This document shows, one piece after another, positions 28,889-36,699 of a stretch of DNA of 52,312 nucleotides. Positions within the stretch are counted from its first letter, which is position 1, and each line of letters starts with the position of its first letter. A model generated the notes under the pieces. It ran no database searches, was not told the DNA's origin, and saw only the letters and a program-made list of their open reading frames with translations. This DNA is from a virus (lineage: Duplodnaviria; Caudoviricetes): positions 1 to 52,312 of IMG/VR virus record IMGVR_UViG_3300048852_000117; one strand, given 5' to 3'. The translations under genes and the position numbers were made by a program.

Positions 28889-29259
28889 CAGTTCAGTACT
28901 CCCAACTTTGTGCGAAGGTGAGTGATCTCGTCGCTCTGCTGGGTTACGCGCTGAGTAAGTTGTGCGACGTGGCTGGTAAGGGCTTCAATCTTCCCCTCCA
29001 TCCGGCCTACCGCAGCGGCGAGTTCATTGCGCTCTTTGGCGAACTGGTCTGCACGGGCCTCCGCTTCTTTGCGGGCCTCACGCTCAGAGTCGAGCAGTTC
29101 ATTCAGCCGGCGGACGGTGCCGATATCGGCGTTGTCCATGGCGCGGTCCGCAGCATCCTTCGACAGAAACTTGCGAAGCCAAAGGAAAGCGCCCAGCAAT
29201 ACAGTGCCCGTGCCGCCCAGCCAGGTGGCTGTGCCTGGGCCGAGGTCGGTAGGGTCCAT
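28888..29259 (-). CDS. Putative holin-like protein
   Basis: N-terminal TM plus coiled coil; first conserved late gene after pR'. Confidence 0.6.
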   Translation of the reverse strand: MDPTDLGPGTATWLGGTGTVLLGAFLWLRKFLSKDAADRAMDNADIGTVRRLNELLDSEREARKEAEARADQFAKERNELAAAVGRMEGKIEALTSHVAQLTQRVTQQSDEITHLRTKLGVLN

Positions 29260-29274
29260 CTAAAAACTCCAAAC

Positions 29275-29318
29275 TAATACTACAAATTTGTTGTATTAAG
29301 ACATTTATGTTGTATACT
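29275..29318 (+). promoter_or_regulatory. hicAB promoter and palindromic operator
   Basis: TAATACTACAAATTTGTTGTATTA near-perfect palindrome; TTGTAT-16-TATACT. Confidence 0.7.
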
Positions 29319-29343
29319 TGAGTCATCCAAACAACGAGGCGAG

Positions 29344-29526
29344 GTGATGAAGTTCAGCGAGTTCAGACGATGGTTGAAGGCCCAAGGGGTGACCTTCGAA
29401 GCAGGCAAAGGAAGCCACTTCAAAGTCACCGCCCCAAACGGCAACAGGACCACCTTCGCGGATCACGGAAGCAAGGAAATGCCGGAACCGACCCGCAAGG
29501 CGATCATTAAACAACTGGGGCTCTGA
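29344..29526 (+). CDS. hicA: HicA toxin (mRNA interferase)
   Basis: GKGSHFKV motif, 60 aa, basic. Confidence 0.92.
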   Translation: MMKFSEFRRWLKAQGVTFEAGKGSHFKVTAPNGNRTTFADHGSKEMPEPTRKAIIKQLGL

Positions 29527-29576
29527 GAGCCCCTTCACCGCATCTGATGCTGAACGATCACCTCCAAGGAGTGACC

Positions 29577-30002
29577 ATGTACAACTACGCAATCTGTTTC
29601 GAGCAGGACAACACGCCAGGTCTCGCCGTTTTCTGCCGCGACCTGCCGCAGCTGAACAGCTATGGCGATGACCGTGAGCACGCGATCCGTGAGGCTGTAG
29701 ACGCCATCGAGACAACTTTGTCGATCTACGTTGACGACCGCTTGCCAATCCCTGAAGCGACGCCGCCGCAGGATGGCGAGGAAGTCATCTATTTGCCAGC
29801 GGTGACCGTGGCCAAGATCGTGCTATGGAACACCATGATGGAGCGCGGCATGCGCAAGGCTGATCTGCGCCGCTTGCTCGGCGTGCACCAGGCGCAAGGC
29901 GACCGGCTGGTCGACTTCCTTCACACATCCAAGATGGAACAGATCGAAGCAGCCCTCTCCGCTCTCGGTAAGCGACTGACTGTTTCGGTTGCGGCGGCGT
30001 GA
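29577..30002 (+). CDS. hicB: HicB antitoxin with C-terminal HTH
   Basis: VFCRDLP..SYGDD.E.A..EA.DA and IPEAT motifs; follows hicA. Confidence 0.92.
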   Translation: MYNYAICFEQDNTPGLAVFCRDLPQLNSYGDDREHAIREAVDAIETTLSIYVDDRLPIPEATPPQDGEEVIYLPAVTVAKIVLWNTMMERGMRKADLRRLLGVHQAQGDRLVDFLHTSKMEQIEAALSALGKRLTVSVAAA

Positions 30003-30079
30003 TCGAAGGCGTGATGAGTCCCTCGCGTTTGTGCATTGCAGGCAAGAGGCATGGAGGGCATTTGGGAAATCGTGGGCAC

Positions 30080-30109
30080 AAAAAAACCCCGCCTGGGGAC
30101 GGGGTTTTT
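30080..30109. terminator. Bidirectional terminator
   Basis: AAAAACCCCG..CGGGGTTTTT. Confidence 0.85.
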
Positions 30110-30119
30110 CGTTCGCTAA

Positions 30120-30272
30120 CTACATTTCAACGGCGGACAGTATCTGGGCGCGCGCGTCTTTGGCCTTCACCTTTTCCTTTGCTTGCGAAGCGCTGGACGC
30201 CATCACCTGCGTATGCATTACGCTGGAATTTGGTCCGGTAATCCACCTCACGTTATATCTCTTCTCTGCCAT
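30120..30272 (-). CDS. 50-aa hypothetical protein MAEKRYNVRWITGPNSSVMHTQVMASSASQAKEKVKAKDARAQILSAVEM
   Basis: Manual translation; RBS AGGGAG; flanked by two terminators. Confidence 0.7.
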   Translation of the reverse strand: MAEKRYNVRWITGPNSSVMHTQVMASSASQAKEKVKAKDARAQILSAVEM

Positions 30273-30331
30273 AGCACGCTCCCTGAGTTGTGTAGCACTA
30301 GGCTACCAGAGCATGGGCAATCGTCCCAAAC

Positions 30332-30354
30332 AAAAAACCCGCTCGGAGGCGGGT
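30332..30354 (-). terminator. tR'-like terminator after the late promoter
   Basis: ACCCGC..GCGGGT hairpin with U-run on -. Confidence 0.8.
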
Positions 30355-30398
30355 CTTCTGGAGCAAGTTGCCGCAGGCAAAATACTCAATGTGGCGAA

Positions 30399-30427
30399 AT
30401 GATGCCGCCAGCCGTGCGGGAAGTCAA
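30399..30427 (-). promoter_or_regulatory. Late promoter pR'-like
   Basis: TTGACT-17-CATCAT downstream of the Q-like gene, followed closely by a terminator. Confidence 0.7.
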
Positions 30428-30593
30428 CTGCCTGAATTAACTCTTTCTATTTTCGCGGAAAGCAGGCTTACCGCGAGGAACATTATTGAGAGCAAGACCC
30501 ATAGCATTGGCTTATCGTTACCCTCAAAAATACAGACCAGGCAAAGAGCGGAGATGAGGAGCCATCGCTTCTTCATGCCTGAAATCTTCCACT

Positions 30594-31175
30594 TCATGCT
30601 GCTTCCTTCATCTGGTAGATCACTGCCCCAATTGGGCTCAATGCCATCCTATCAAGGTCCTCGCAGCACTCAAACGAAAGCGTGATCACCGGCTCCCAAT
30701 CCCGAGCCCAGGCGCATGATTCCAGCCGGCACCCGAACTCACCCCACAGCCACGCGCGAAACGCCTCAGGCTTGATCAGCGGATCCTCGTTGGCCGACTG
30801 CCCGCCCTGATGCATGTAGCGGTACCGGCGCATCACGCCCTTCACCACATACTCCAGTTTTTCCCGCTTGGCCGCGGTCATGCGCTTGGACTTCGAAACG
30901 ACCATGCCGAACACGACTTCTTCCGCAGCCTCACGGATGTCGTCGTCGCGGTTGGCCGCATACATGTACTCGCCGAATACACGAACCTGCGGGTGAAGCC
31001 GGGCGATTGCCGACTGGATGTGACCGGCCAGCGCACTGTGCATCGCATGGTTGGCGGTCGGGCCGCGCTCAGTGGTCTGGACCACCACGCCTAGCTGCAC
31101 GACATCAGAGGTCTGTCCCGGCGCTGGGTTGTAGGTGCAGTCATGCCATGCCTGACGTGCCGAGAAAATCTTCAT
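30594..31175 (-). CDS. Putative late antiterminator (Q-like)
   Basis: Last gene of the nin region, before a pR'/tR' arrangement. Confidence 0.7.
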   Translation of the reverse strand: MKIFSARQAWHDCTYNPAPGQTSDVVQLGVVVQTTERGPTANHAMHSALAGHIQSAIARLHPQVRVFGEYMYAANRDDDIREAAEEVVFGMVVSKSKRMTAAKREKLEYVVKGVMRRYRYMHQGGQSANEDPLIKPEAFRAWLWGEFGCRLESCAWARDWEPVITLSFECCEDLDRMALSPIGAVIYQMKEAA

Positions 31176-31774
31176 GCTGCCGCCCTCTTGAGTTCTCGGG
31201 TCTTCGCCCTGTAATGCGCCGTGATGGCCTTGAGTTCTTCCACGGTGTACTTCTTCACGGACTGATCAGCCTCCAGCGCCTCGACCGCCTCCAGTCCGAT
31301 ACGAGCGATTAGGCCGACCCGGTAGTCCACGGCATTGCCAGACAAGAAGCGGTTGTCCTGCTTGCTCTGCGCGTGGCAGTTGCGTTCATCGAACCTGAGG
31401 TGCGGTGCTGCCCCGACGCTGCGGTAATGCCCCGCATCCGTCTGGTTGCCGGTCCAGTCCAAAGGGCGGCCGCTGGAAATGCACGGATGGCCGGCGGCCT
31501 GGTCGCGAGCGCGGATGTAGGCGTTGAAAGCCTGCTGCGCGTCACGCAGATGCTCTCCCCTGCTCTTCAGCCTCTCCTTGCGCACCTTGATCTCGCGTCG
31601 CTCCACCTGGGCCAGCGCCTTGCGTGCCCGCTCCTGATTCAGCGGGGCCAGCACCAGCGCGCAGGCCGGGCTGCAGGCTTTCTGCGTGGTCTTAAACGGC
31701 ACGAACTCCTGGCCGCACGCGTCGTTTTTGCACTTCTTCAACTTTGGCTTCGCTGCCTTCAACGCTGTTCGCAT
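31172..31774 (-). CDS. ninG: NinG/Rap recombination endonuclease
   Basis: AFNAYIRARD..PCIS, DAGHYRSVGAAPHLRFDERNCHAQ. Confidence 0.92.
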   Translation of the reverse strand: MRTALKAAKPKLKKCKNDACGQEFVPFKTTQKACSPACALVLAPLNQERARKALAQVERREIKVRKERLKSRGEHLRDAQQAFNAYIRARDQAAGHPCISSGRPLDWTGNQTDAGHYRSVGAAPHLRFDERNCHAQSKQDNRFLSGNAVDYRVGLIARIGLEAVEALEADQSVKKYTVEELKAITAHYRAKTRELKRAAA

Positions 31775-31874
31775 CACATCTGCCCCCATTGGAATTGGAG
31801 GCAGAGAGCCGGTTGCTGGTAGGCCCTGGTCATGAACGTGGTGAAGCGGGCGGAGTACCGAATGAGGGCCTGCA

Positions 31875-32273
31875 TTAGAACTGCCCTCCCCAGCGATCCG
31901 TCTGCGTCCAGCGCACGCCCTTCTCCGCACCGAACGCATGCATGACCTCGAACAGATCGCTGAACCATTTCTTGGATTGCTTACGAGTCGAGACGCCCAG
32001 CACGACGAATCCGCCGTCAATTCCTGGCACCGCGTCCTGCTTCTCCACCGCGGCCGAGAAAACGTGCTTCCAGTCTTCATCGCTCAGCTTGCGGCCGTAC
32101 CACTCAACCTGCTGGGAGACGTCCCGCAGCATTGCCCACATCTTGCGGTTGAGAACGTCAGGGCGCTTTTCATCTCGGATGACGACAACCTTTGGCTTGG
32201 TCAGGTCCGTGCCGTGCAGGAAGCCCATGACGCGGGCGATGTCGCCGGTTGAACGTAGGGCGAACTCAGTCAT
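31875..32273 (-). CDS. ninB: NinB/Orf recombination mediator
   Basis: NRKMWAMLRDVSQQVEW, EDWK, VPGIDGGFVVLGVST. Confidence 0.92.
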   Translation of the reverse strand: MTEFALRSTGDIARVMGFLHGTDLTKPKVVVIRDEKRPDVLNRKMWAMLRDVSQQVEWYGRKLSDEDWKHVFSAAVEKQDAVPGIDGGFVVLGVSTRKQSKKWFSDLFEVMHAFGAEKGVRWTQTDRWGGQF

Positions 32274-32817
32274 GGCTGGCCTCCCGCTTCATCGCCCCAT
32301 CAACCTGCTCGTCCAAGCGATCACCGCTTGGGCAGTCATAACCAAGCTTGACCGATACCTTCGGGTTGACCACTACAGCGAGATAGGCGACCGGCCAGTG
32401 CTGATTGCGCAGGAAGCGATAGCGCCTGGCATCCTTGCGCAGCGACTCATTCTCGGCCTTGAGCTGGTCGCGCTCTTGCTGAACATCAAGAAACTGGTCC
32501 TCTGCCTTTTTGCAGTGTGAGACCCACACTTTCCGGCGCGCCCGCATGCTCACATTTAGCCGAAGGTGCATCAGACGCTGGGCATTCACCATATCAATCT
32601 CCGCAAGCAGGGCCAGCACCGTGGCGGGGTTGGCGGCGGCAGCGAACGCTGCGTTCTTCAGAGCGTCGGGCCCATGCGATTCGAAGATTGCGTAACCGGC
32701 GTTGATCTGGTCACTCTCGGCCGACATGACTGTCTTGTGACCGTCGGTTGTCCACTTGCTCGGACTTGCAGCCTCGGCCAGCGCCCGGAGCTGTGCTTTG
32801 TCGATGCTCATTGGCAC
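32266..32817 (-). CDS. Ead/Ea22-like protein
   Basis: LRALAEAA, AAANPATVLALLAEI, DARRYRFLR motifs. Confidence 0.75.
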   Translation of the reverse strand: MPMSIDKAQLRALAEAASPSKWTTDGHKTVMSAESDQINAGYAIFESHGPDALKNAAFAAAANPATVLALLAEIDMVNAQRLMHLRLNVSMRARRKVWVSHCKKAEDQFLDVQQERDQLKAENESLRKDARRYRFLRNQHWPVAYLAVVVNPKVSVKLGYDCPSGDRLDEQVDGAMKREASHD

Positions 32818-33197
32818 AGCCCCTTCGGCACTTGAACGGTTTCGCCAAGCACAGCGGCGACGATTGCGCGACAGGCGGCGATGAGGTGGGTGGGGCCATT
32901 CTCGGCGCCCGAACGATCGTTCAGGCCGATAACCGCAAAATAGGCGTCGGAGTAAACGCCGAAACCGATCATGTACTTCTCGATCAGCGGACCGCCCTGG
33001 CTCCAGTCGGTGGATGGACTGAATTTGCCGGTGGTTGCTTTGCAGGGAATCTCACCCGGAAATATCCAGGCCTTATCCATCGGTCCGCTTTCGGAAAACT
33101 GATAATTCCCGCGGTAGGCACCGATGGCTCTCGCAACAGCCGAATCCAGAGCCGCGCCTTCCAGCTCGGCAGTTTTTACTTCCACGAATTCGCTCAT
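32808..33197 (-). CDS. DUF2591/NinX-like protein
   Basis: FSPSTDWSQGGPLIEK and GPTHLIAACRAIV motifs. Confidence 0.8.
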   Translation of the reverse strand: MSEFVEVKTAELEGAALDSAVARAIGAYRGNYQFSESGPMDKAWIFPGEIPCKATTGKFSPSTDWSQGGPLIEKYMIGFGVYSDAYFAVIGLNDRSGAENGPTHLIAACRAIVAAVLGETVQVPKGLCQ

Positions 33198-33315
33198 TGC
33201 GCAGCTCCCTGACTCTTGTTCCTGCCAAACTTGGAAAGCAGCAGCGCCCGGGCCGACTGGCCGTCTGCGGGTATGCCCTGCTCGATGATTCGCGCCTGAT
33301 TGATGAACTCGCGCA

Positions 33316-34128
33316 TCAGAAACCCTCCTTGCCGCGCTGAGATTCCCAGTCGAACGGGACAACCACTCCGCCACCTTCACGAAGTCGGTCGACGCACCGC
33401 TCACCCATCGCCATCGGCAGCTGCGCGGCGTCCAGGTTGGAGATCACGACCGTGGGCCGGACCTGCTCATAGCGGCCATTGATGATTGCGAACAGGGTGT
33501 TCAGCTCGAAATCGCTCGGCTGCTCTTTGCTCACCCCGACTTCATCGAGGACCAGCAGCGATGGCTCGATCAGGCTCGCCAAGATGTCGGCTTCGTTCTG
33601 CTCGCTGTGGCGGTCGAAGGTGGCGCGGATTGCCTGCAGGACAGAACCCACGGTGCGGTAGACGGCCGTTGCAGTGGTGTTGAGCATCAGGTCGTTCGCC
33701 ATGGCCGCGCCAAGGTGAGTTTTCCCGGTGCCGGGCTGGCCCAGCAGCATCAGGCAGCGACCGTCACGCTCAATCTCGTCGAATATCTCCACGTAGCGCT
33801 TGCAGATCCTGAGCGCCTTGGCTTGGCCTGGGTTGCCAGCTCGGTATCCGGCCAAAGTCTTGTCAGCAAAGCGCTTCGGGATCAGCGCTGAACCCAGCTT
33901 GCGAGAAATGGCGATCCTGGCTTCACGCGATTCGTCAGCTTTGCGGGCGGCTTCCCGCTCCTCGGAGGCGATACGCTGGCACTCAGGGCAAGCGCTCTTG
34001 AACTCGCGGCTCATCAGCACGGTGATCTTCTGGTCAAACGGTCCGTGTTTCTCGCATTCAGCAGGCTGAACTCGCGGGGCGACTTGCGGGGTATGGGTAG
34101 TCATCATCACGACGTTCTCAGAGCGCAT
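33316..34128 (-). CDS. DnaC/IstB-like AAA+ helicase loader
   Basis: GQPGTGKTHL, LLVLDEVG, VISNL, DRLRE. Confidence 0.92.
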   Translation of the reverse strand: MRSENVVMMTTHTPQVAPRVQPAECEKHGPFDQKITVLMSREFKSACPECQRIASEEREAARKADESREARIAISRKLGSALIPKRFADKTLAGYRAGNPGQAKALRICKRYVEIFDEIERDGRCLMLLGQPGTGKTHLGAAMANDLMLNTTATAVYRTVGSVLQAIRATFDRHSEQNEADILASLIEPSLLVLDEVGVSKEQPSDFELNTLFAIINGRYEQVRPTVVISNLDAAQLPMAMGERCVDRLREGGGVVVPFDWESQRGKEGF

Positions 34129-34942
34129 AGGTGCCGTCCTCCCGCATGGTCAGGCCGACTGTGTAGTCTCGGTCGGCGAATCCGTGGTGGCGGCTTGTTG
34201 CCGGGGCTGGCGACCGAGTGGAGACGCGATTTGCGATCCAGTCAGCCTTGAATCCGTGCCATCCGGCGCTCAGAGCTTCGGTCATCGCGTCTACCGCGGT
34301 GATACCCAGGTCGGCGCACTTTTTCAGCTCGGCGTTCAGGGAGGACCAGACGGTTTGGGTAACCGGGGCGCGCTTGGTCTTGCGCAGGGACAGCCAGTCA
34401 ATCAGGAGTTGATCAGGAATCTGGTGGGGGTTGTCGGCCAGCATCTGGCTCATGCCGAACGCTGGTTTGCGTTCACGTTTCGGCTTCACCTGAGCGGGTG
34501 TGCCTACTACTTCGTCAGAAGTAGTATTTGTATTTCTTTCTTTATAGTGTGCCGAAAACGGCACTAAGGACGTGCCGAATACGGCACACTGAGCCTTTTC
34601 TGGCACTTTGGATTTCGGGTTGTCTTTTGGGTCGATTTTCCATTCCGACGATGGCGAAATCCCCAGCGCTCCTTTGCTGCCTCCAACGCGATACAGGACG
34701 CGCTGGCGCAGCAGTTCGCTCACCATGCGGGAAACGTGCTCACGGCGGATGCCGGTCATGTCAGCGATGACTGAGGCGGCTATGCGTGCGCTGTCGACGT
34801 TGTAGCCCGAGGTCTGCCGATGAACAGCCAGAGCCACACGAAGCTCGCGCCCGGACAGGTCGGCTCCGATCAGAGCCTCGTACAGATCGTTGTCCATTCG
34901 GGTAAACCCCTGGGACTTGTGCAATTGGATGATGTTTGTCAT
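34118..34942 (-). CDS. Replication initiator (lambda O-like)
   Basis: GFTRMDNDLYEAL N-terminus; upstream of loader; internal iterons. Confidence 0.88.
   Translation of the reverse strand: MTNIIQLHKSQGFTRMDNDLYEALIGADLSGRELRVALAVHRQTSGYNVDSARIAASVIADMTGIRREHVSRMVSELLRQRVLYRVGGSKGALGISPSSEWKIDPKDNPKSKVPEKAQCAVFGTSLVPFSAHYKERNTNTTSDEVVGTPAQVKPKRERKPAFGMSQMLADNPHQIPDQLLIDWLSLRKTKRAPVTQTVWSSLNAELKKCADLGITAVDAMTEALSAGWHGFKADWIANRVSTRSPAPATSRHHGFADRDYTVGLTMREDGTYAL
34525..34606. repeat. Replication origin: palindromic iterons plus AT-rich tract
   Basis: GTGCCGAAAACGGCAC (34549), GTGCCGAATACGGCAC (34572), degenerate copy (34591) next to a T-rich stretch inside the initiator gene. Confidence 0.75.
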
Positions 34943-35027
34943 GATTCCGCTCGTTGAATTGCTGTTGAAGAAGCCGGTCTAGCCACCGGCTTTTTTGTGC
35001 CCGTCATTCGGGCTTATCAGGGCCTGC

Positions 35028-35207
35028 TCAGGCCCTACGGTGAAACGGTGCAACCGTCCCCCGCGGGTTCCGGGGTTTGGTGCGGTTGGCCAGTTCACTT
35101 CGAATCAACTCCGCCGCCAGCGCTTCAGGGGTCATCCCCCTGCGTTCCGCCTCCTGCTCCAGCTGATCCATAAACGCCTGGTCCAAACCGAACTGCTCAG
35201 TCGGCAT
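35028..35207 (-). CDS. 59-aa RHH-like protein MPTEQFGLDQAFMDQLEQEAERRGMTPEALAAELIRSEL...
   Basis: Manual translation; strong RBS GAGGAGG; below the ORF-track cutoff. Confidence 0.75.
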   Translation of the reverse strand: MPTEQFGLDQAFMDQLEQEAERRGMTPEALAAELIRSELANRTKPRNPRGTVAPFHRRA

Positions 35208-35225
35208 AGGGCCTCCTCTAGGCCT

Positions 35226-35414
35226 TCAGGCCGCGTGCTGATCGCCGCTATTCTCCGAAGCCAGGGCAGCCAGCTGCGCTTCCAGCAACTCACGGCACAG
35301 AACGGCTCGCTGTGTGCGATGAAAATTCGCCAGAGCCTGAATCAGGTTGAAGGTGTCCTCATCGACCCTGACCTTGATCTCGCGGTCGTGAAGATGCTTG
35401 GGGTTGGCGTACAT
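35226..35414 (-). CDS. RHH-like regulator in the cII position
   Basis: IKVRVDEDTFNLIQALA..TQRAVLCRELL beta-helix-helix pattern. Confidence 0.7.
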   Translation of the reverse strand: MYANPKHLHDREIKVRVDEDTFNLIQALANFHRTQRAVLCRELLEAQLAALASENSGDQHAA

Positions 35415-35446
35415 GCGGCTTTGCTCCTCGAGCGGTTGAAGTGGAT

Positions 35447-35644
35447 TTAGGCAGCGTGCTTGCGTGCCGGGATTGGGCGAATCTCATTTGCCAAGATGGA
35501 GCCGTCGTCCATCAACGTGATGGTGATCGCACGATTCGAACGATGCATTTGAGATACGGCGCTTTGCTGGATACCCAGAGCCTTGGCGAGATCGCTCTGG
35601 GTTCCATGCGATGCCAGATATTCCCCAAGGGAAATGGTCTTCAT
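35447..35644 (-). CDS. cro: Cro-like repressor
   Basis: TQSDLAKALGIQQSAVSQM HTH; divergent from cI. Confidence 0.88.
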   Translation of the reverse strand: MKTISLGEYLASHGTQSDLAKALGIQQSAVSQMHRSNRAITITLMDDGSILANEIRPIPARKHAA

Positions 35645-35676
35645 CTTCTGGGTCTCCGGTTGATTTGGCCTTATAT

Positions 35677-35747
35677 TAGCACTGCTGTTTTACACAAAAC
35701 AAGGAGTTTGATTAGCAGTGCTGTTTGCGGAAATATCAGCGCTGCTA
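35677..35747. promoter_or_regulatory. OR: three repressor operators
   Basis: TAGCACTGCTG (35677), TAGCAGTGCTG (35713), CAGCGCTGCTA (35737); same motif recurs at OL. Confidence 0.85.
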
Positions 35748-35760
35748 CTTAATCGCGCAC

Positions 35761-36564
35761 ATGAAGAAACCCACTCGAACTCCCCTCACCCAATCCCAGC
35801 TGGATGATGCTGAGCGGCTGCGCAACATCTACCTCAAGCGCGTCCAGGAATCCCGGGCGAGAAACGACCATCCTGTCCTAAATCAAGCCGAGGTCGGTGA
35901 GCGCTGTGAATGGAAGTCCCCGCAAAGTGCGGTGAGCCAGTACCTGAATGGCAAGGTGGCATTGAATCTCGACGCATTGGTACGCCTGGCAAAAGCCCTG
36001 GACTTCGAACCGGCGGATGTCAGCCCCGTCTTGGCTGCAGGAATCTCGCGTGCGGCCGATGAACCATTAACTGCTCCAAGTCATCACTCGCCTGCCGCCA
36101 ACACCCCTCTTCCGGACGGCGCGGACACGGATCTCGAACACCAGTACGCTTTTGTCCCTCAGCTAACGGCCAAGGCCGCCGCCGGCCTGGGCCATGACAA
36201 TCCCCATGTCGAGAGCAGATCAACCCTGGCGTTCAAACGGGAGTGGCTACGGTATCGCGGGGCGAACCCAAAGAACCTGATGGTCATTTACGCAGCTGGC
36301 GACAGCATGTGGCCGACGATCAACGATGGCGACGTTCTGCTGGTGGACAAATCCAAGGTTGAGCCCATGGATCGGCAGGTGTTCGTCCTGACGAGCGCTG
36401 AAGGGGCAATTGTGAAGCGGATGGTTCAGGCGCCGCTGGGTGACTGGATCATTCGCAGTGACAACGAGGACAAGACAGAGCACCCGGATCGCTTGCTACT
36501 GCGTAGCGATGTGAACGAGCACCGCATCATCGGCCAGGTCATCTGGCGGGGCGGGGATTTGTGA
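35761..36564 (+). CDS. cI: CI-like repressor with S24 autopeptidase
   Basis: HTH with QSAVSQYLNG; AAAG cleavage site, GDSMWPTI (Ser) and IVKR (Lys). Confidence 0.95.
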   Translation: MKKPTRTPLTQSQLDDAERLRNIYLKRVQESRARNDHPVLNQAEVGERCEWKSPQSAVSQYLNGKVALNLDALVRLAKALDFEPADVSPVLAAGISRAADEPLTAPSHHSPAANTPLPDGADTDLEHQYAFVPQLTAKAAAGLGHDNPHVESRSTLAFKREWLRYRGANPKNLMVIYAAGDSMWPTINDGDVLLVDKSKVEPMDRQVFVLTSAEGAIVKRMVQAPLGDWIIRSDNEDKTEHPDRLLLRSDVNEHRIIGQVIWRGGDL

Positions 36565-36699
36565 TAGCTATTCACCACCAAGCCTTAATTTGATTCGGTG
36601 TGAGGATATCGAGCAATAGCTCGACACCCTGCGTACAGAAATAAGCTTCAATAAAGGGGTGTCGAGCCTGACCTCGACACCCCCACAGGATTACTAGAA

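Noticed and set aside
34549-35747. Short palindromic repeats as CRISPR or REP elements
   Set aside because: Too short and irregular; explained as origin iterons and repressor operators; no cas genes
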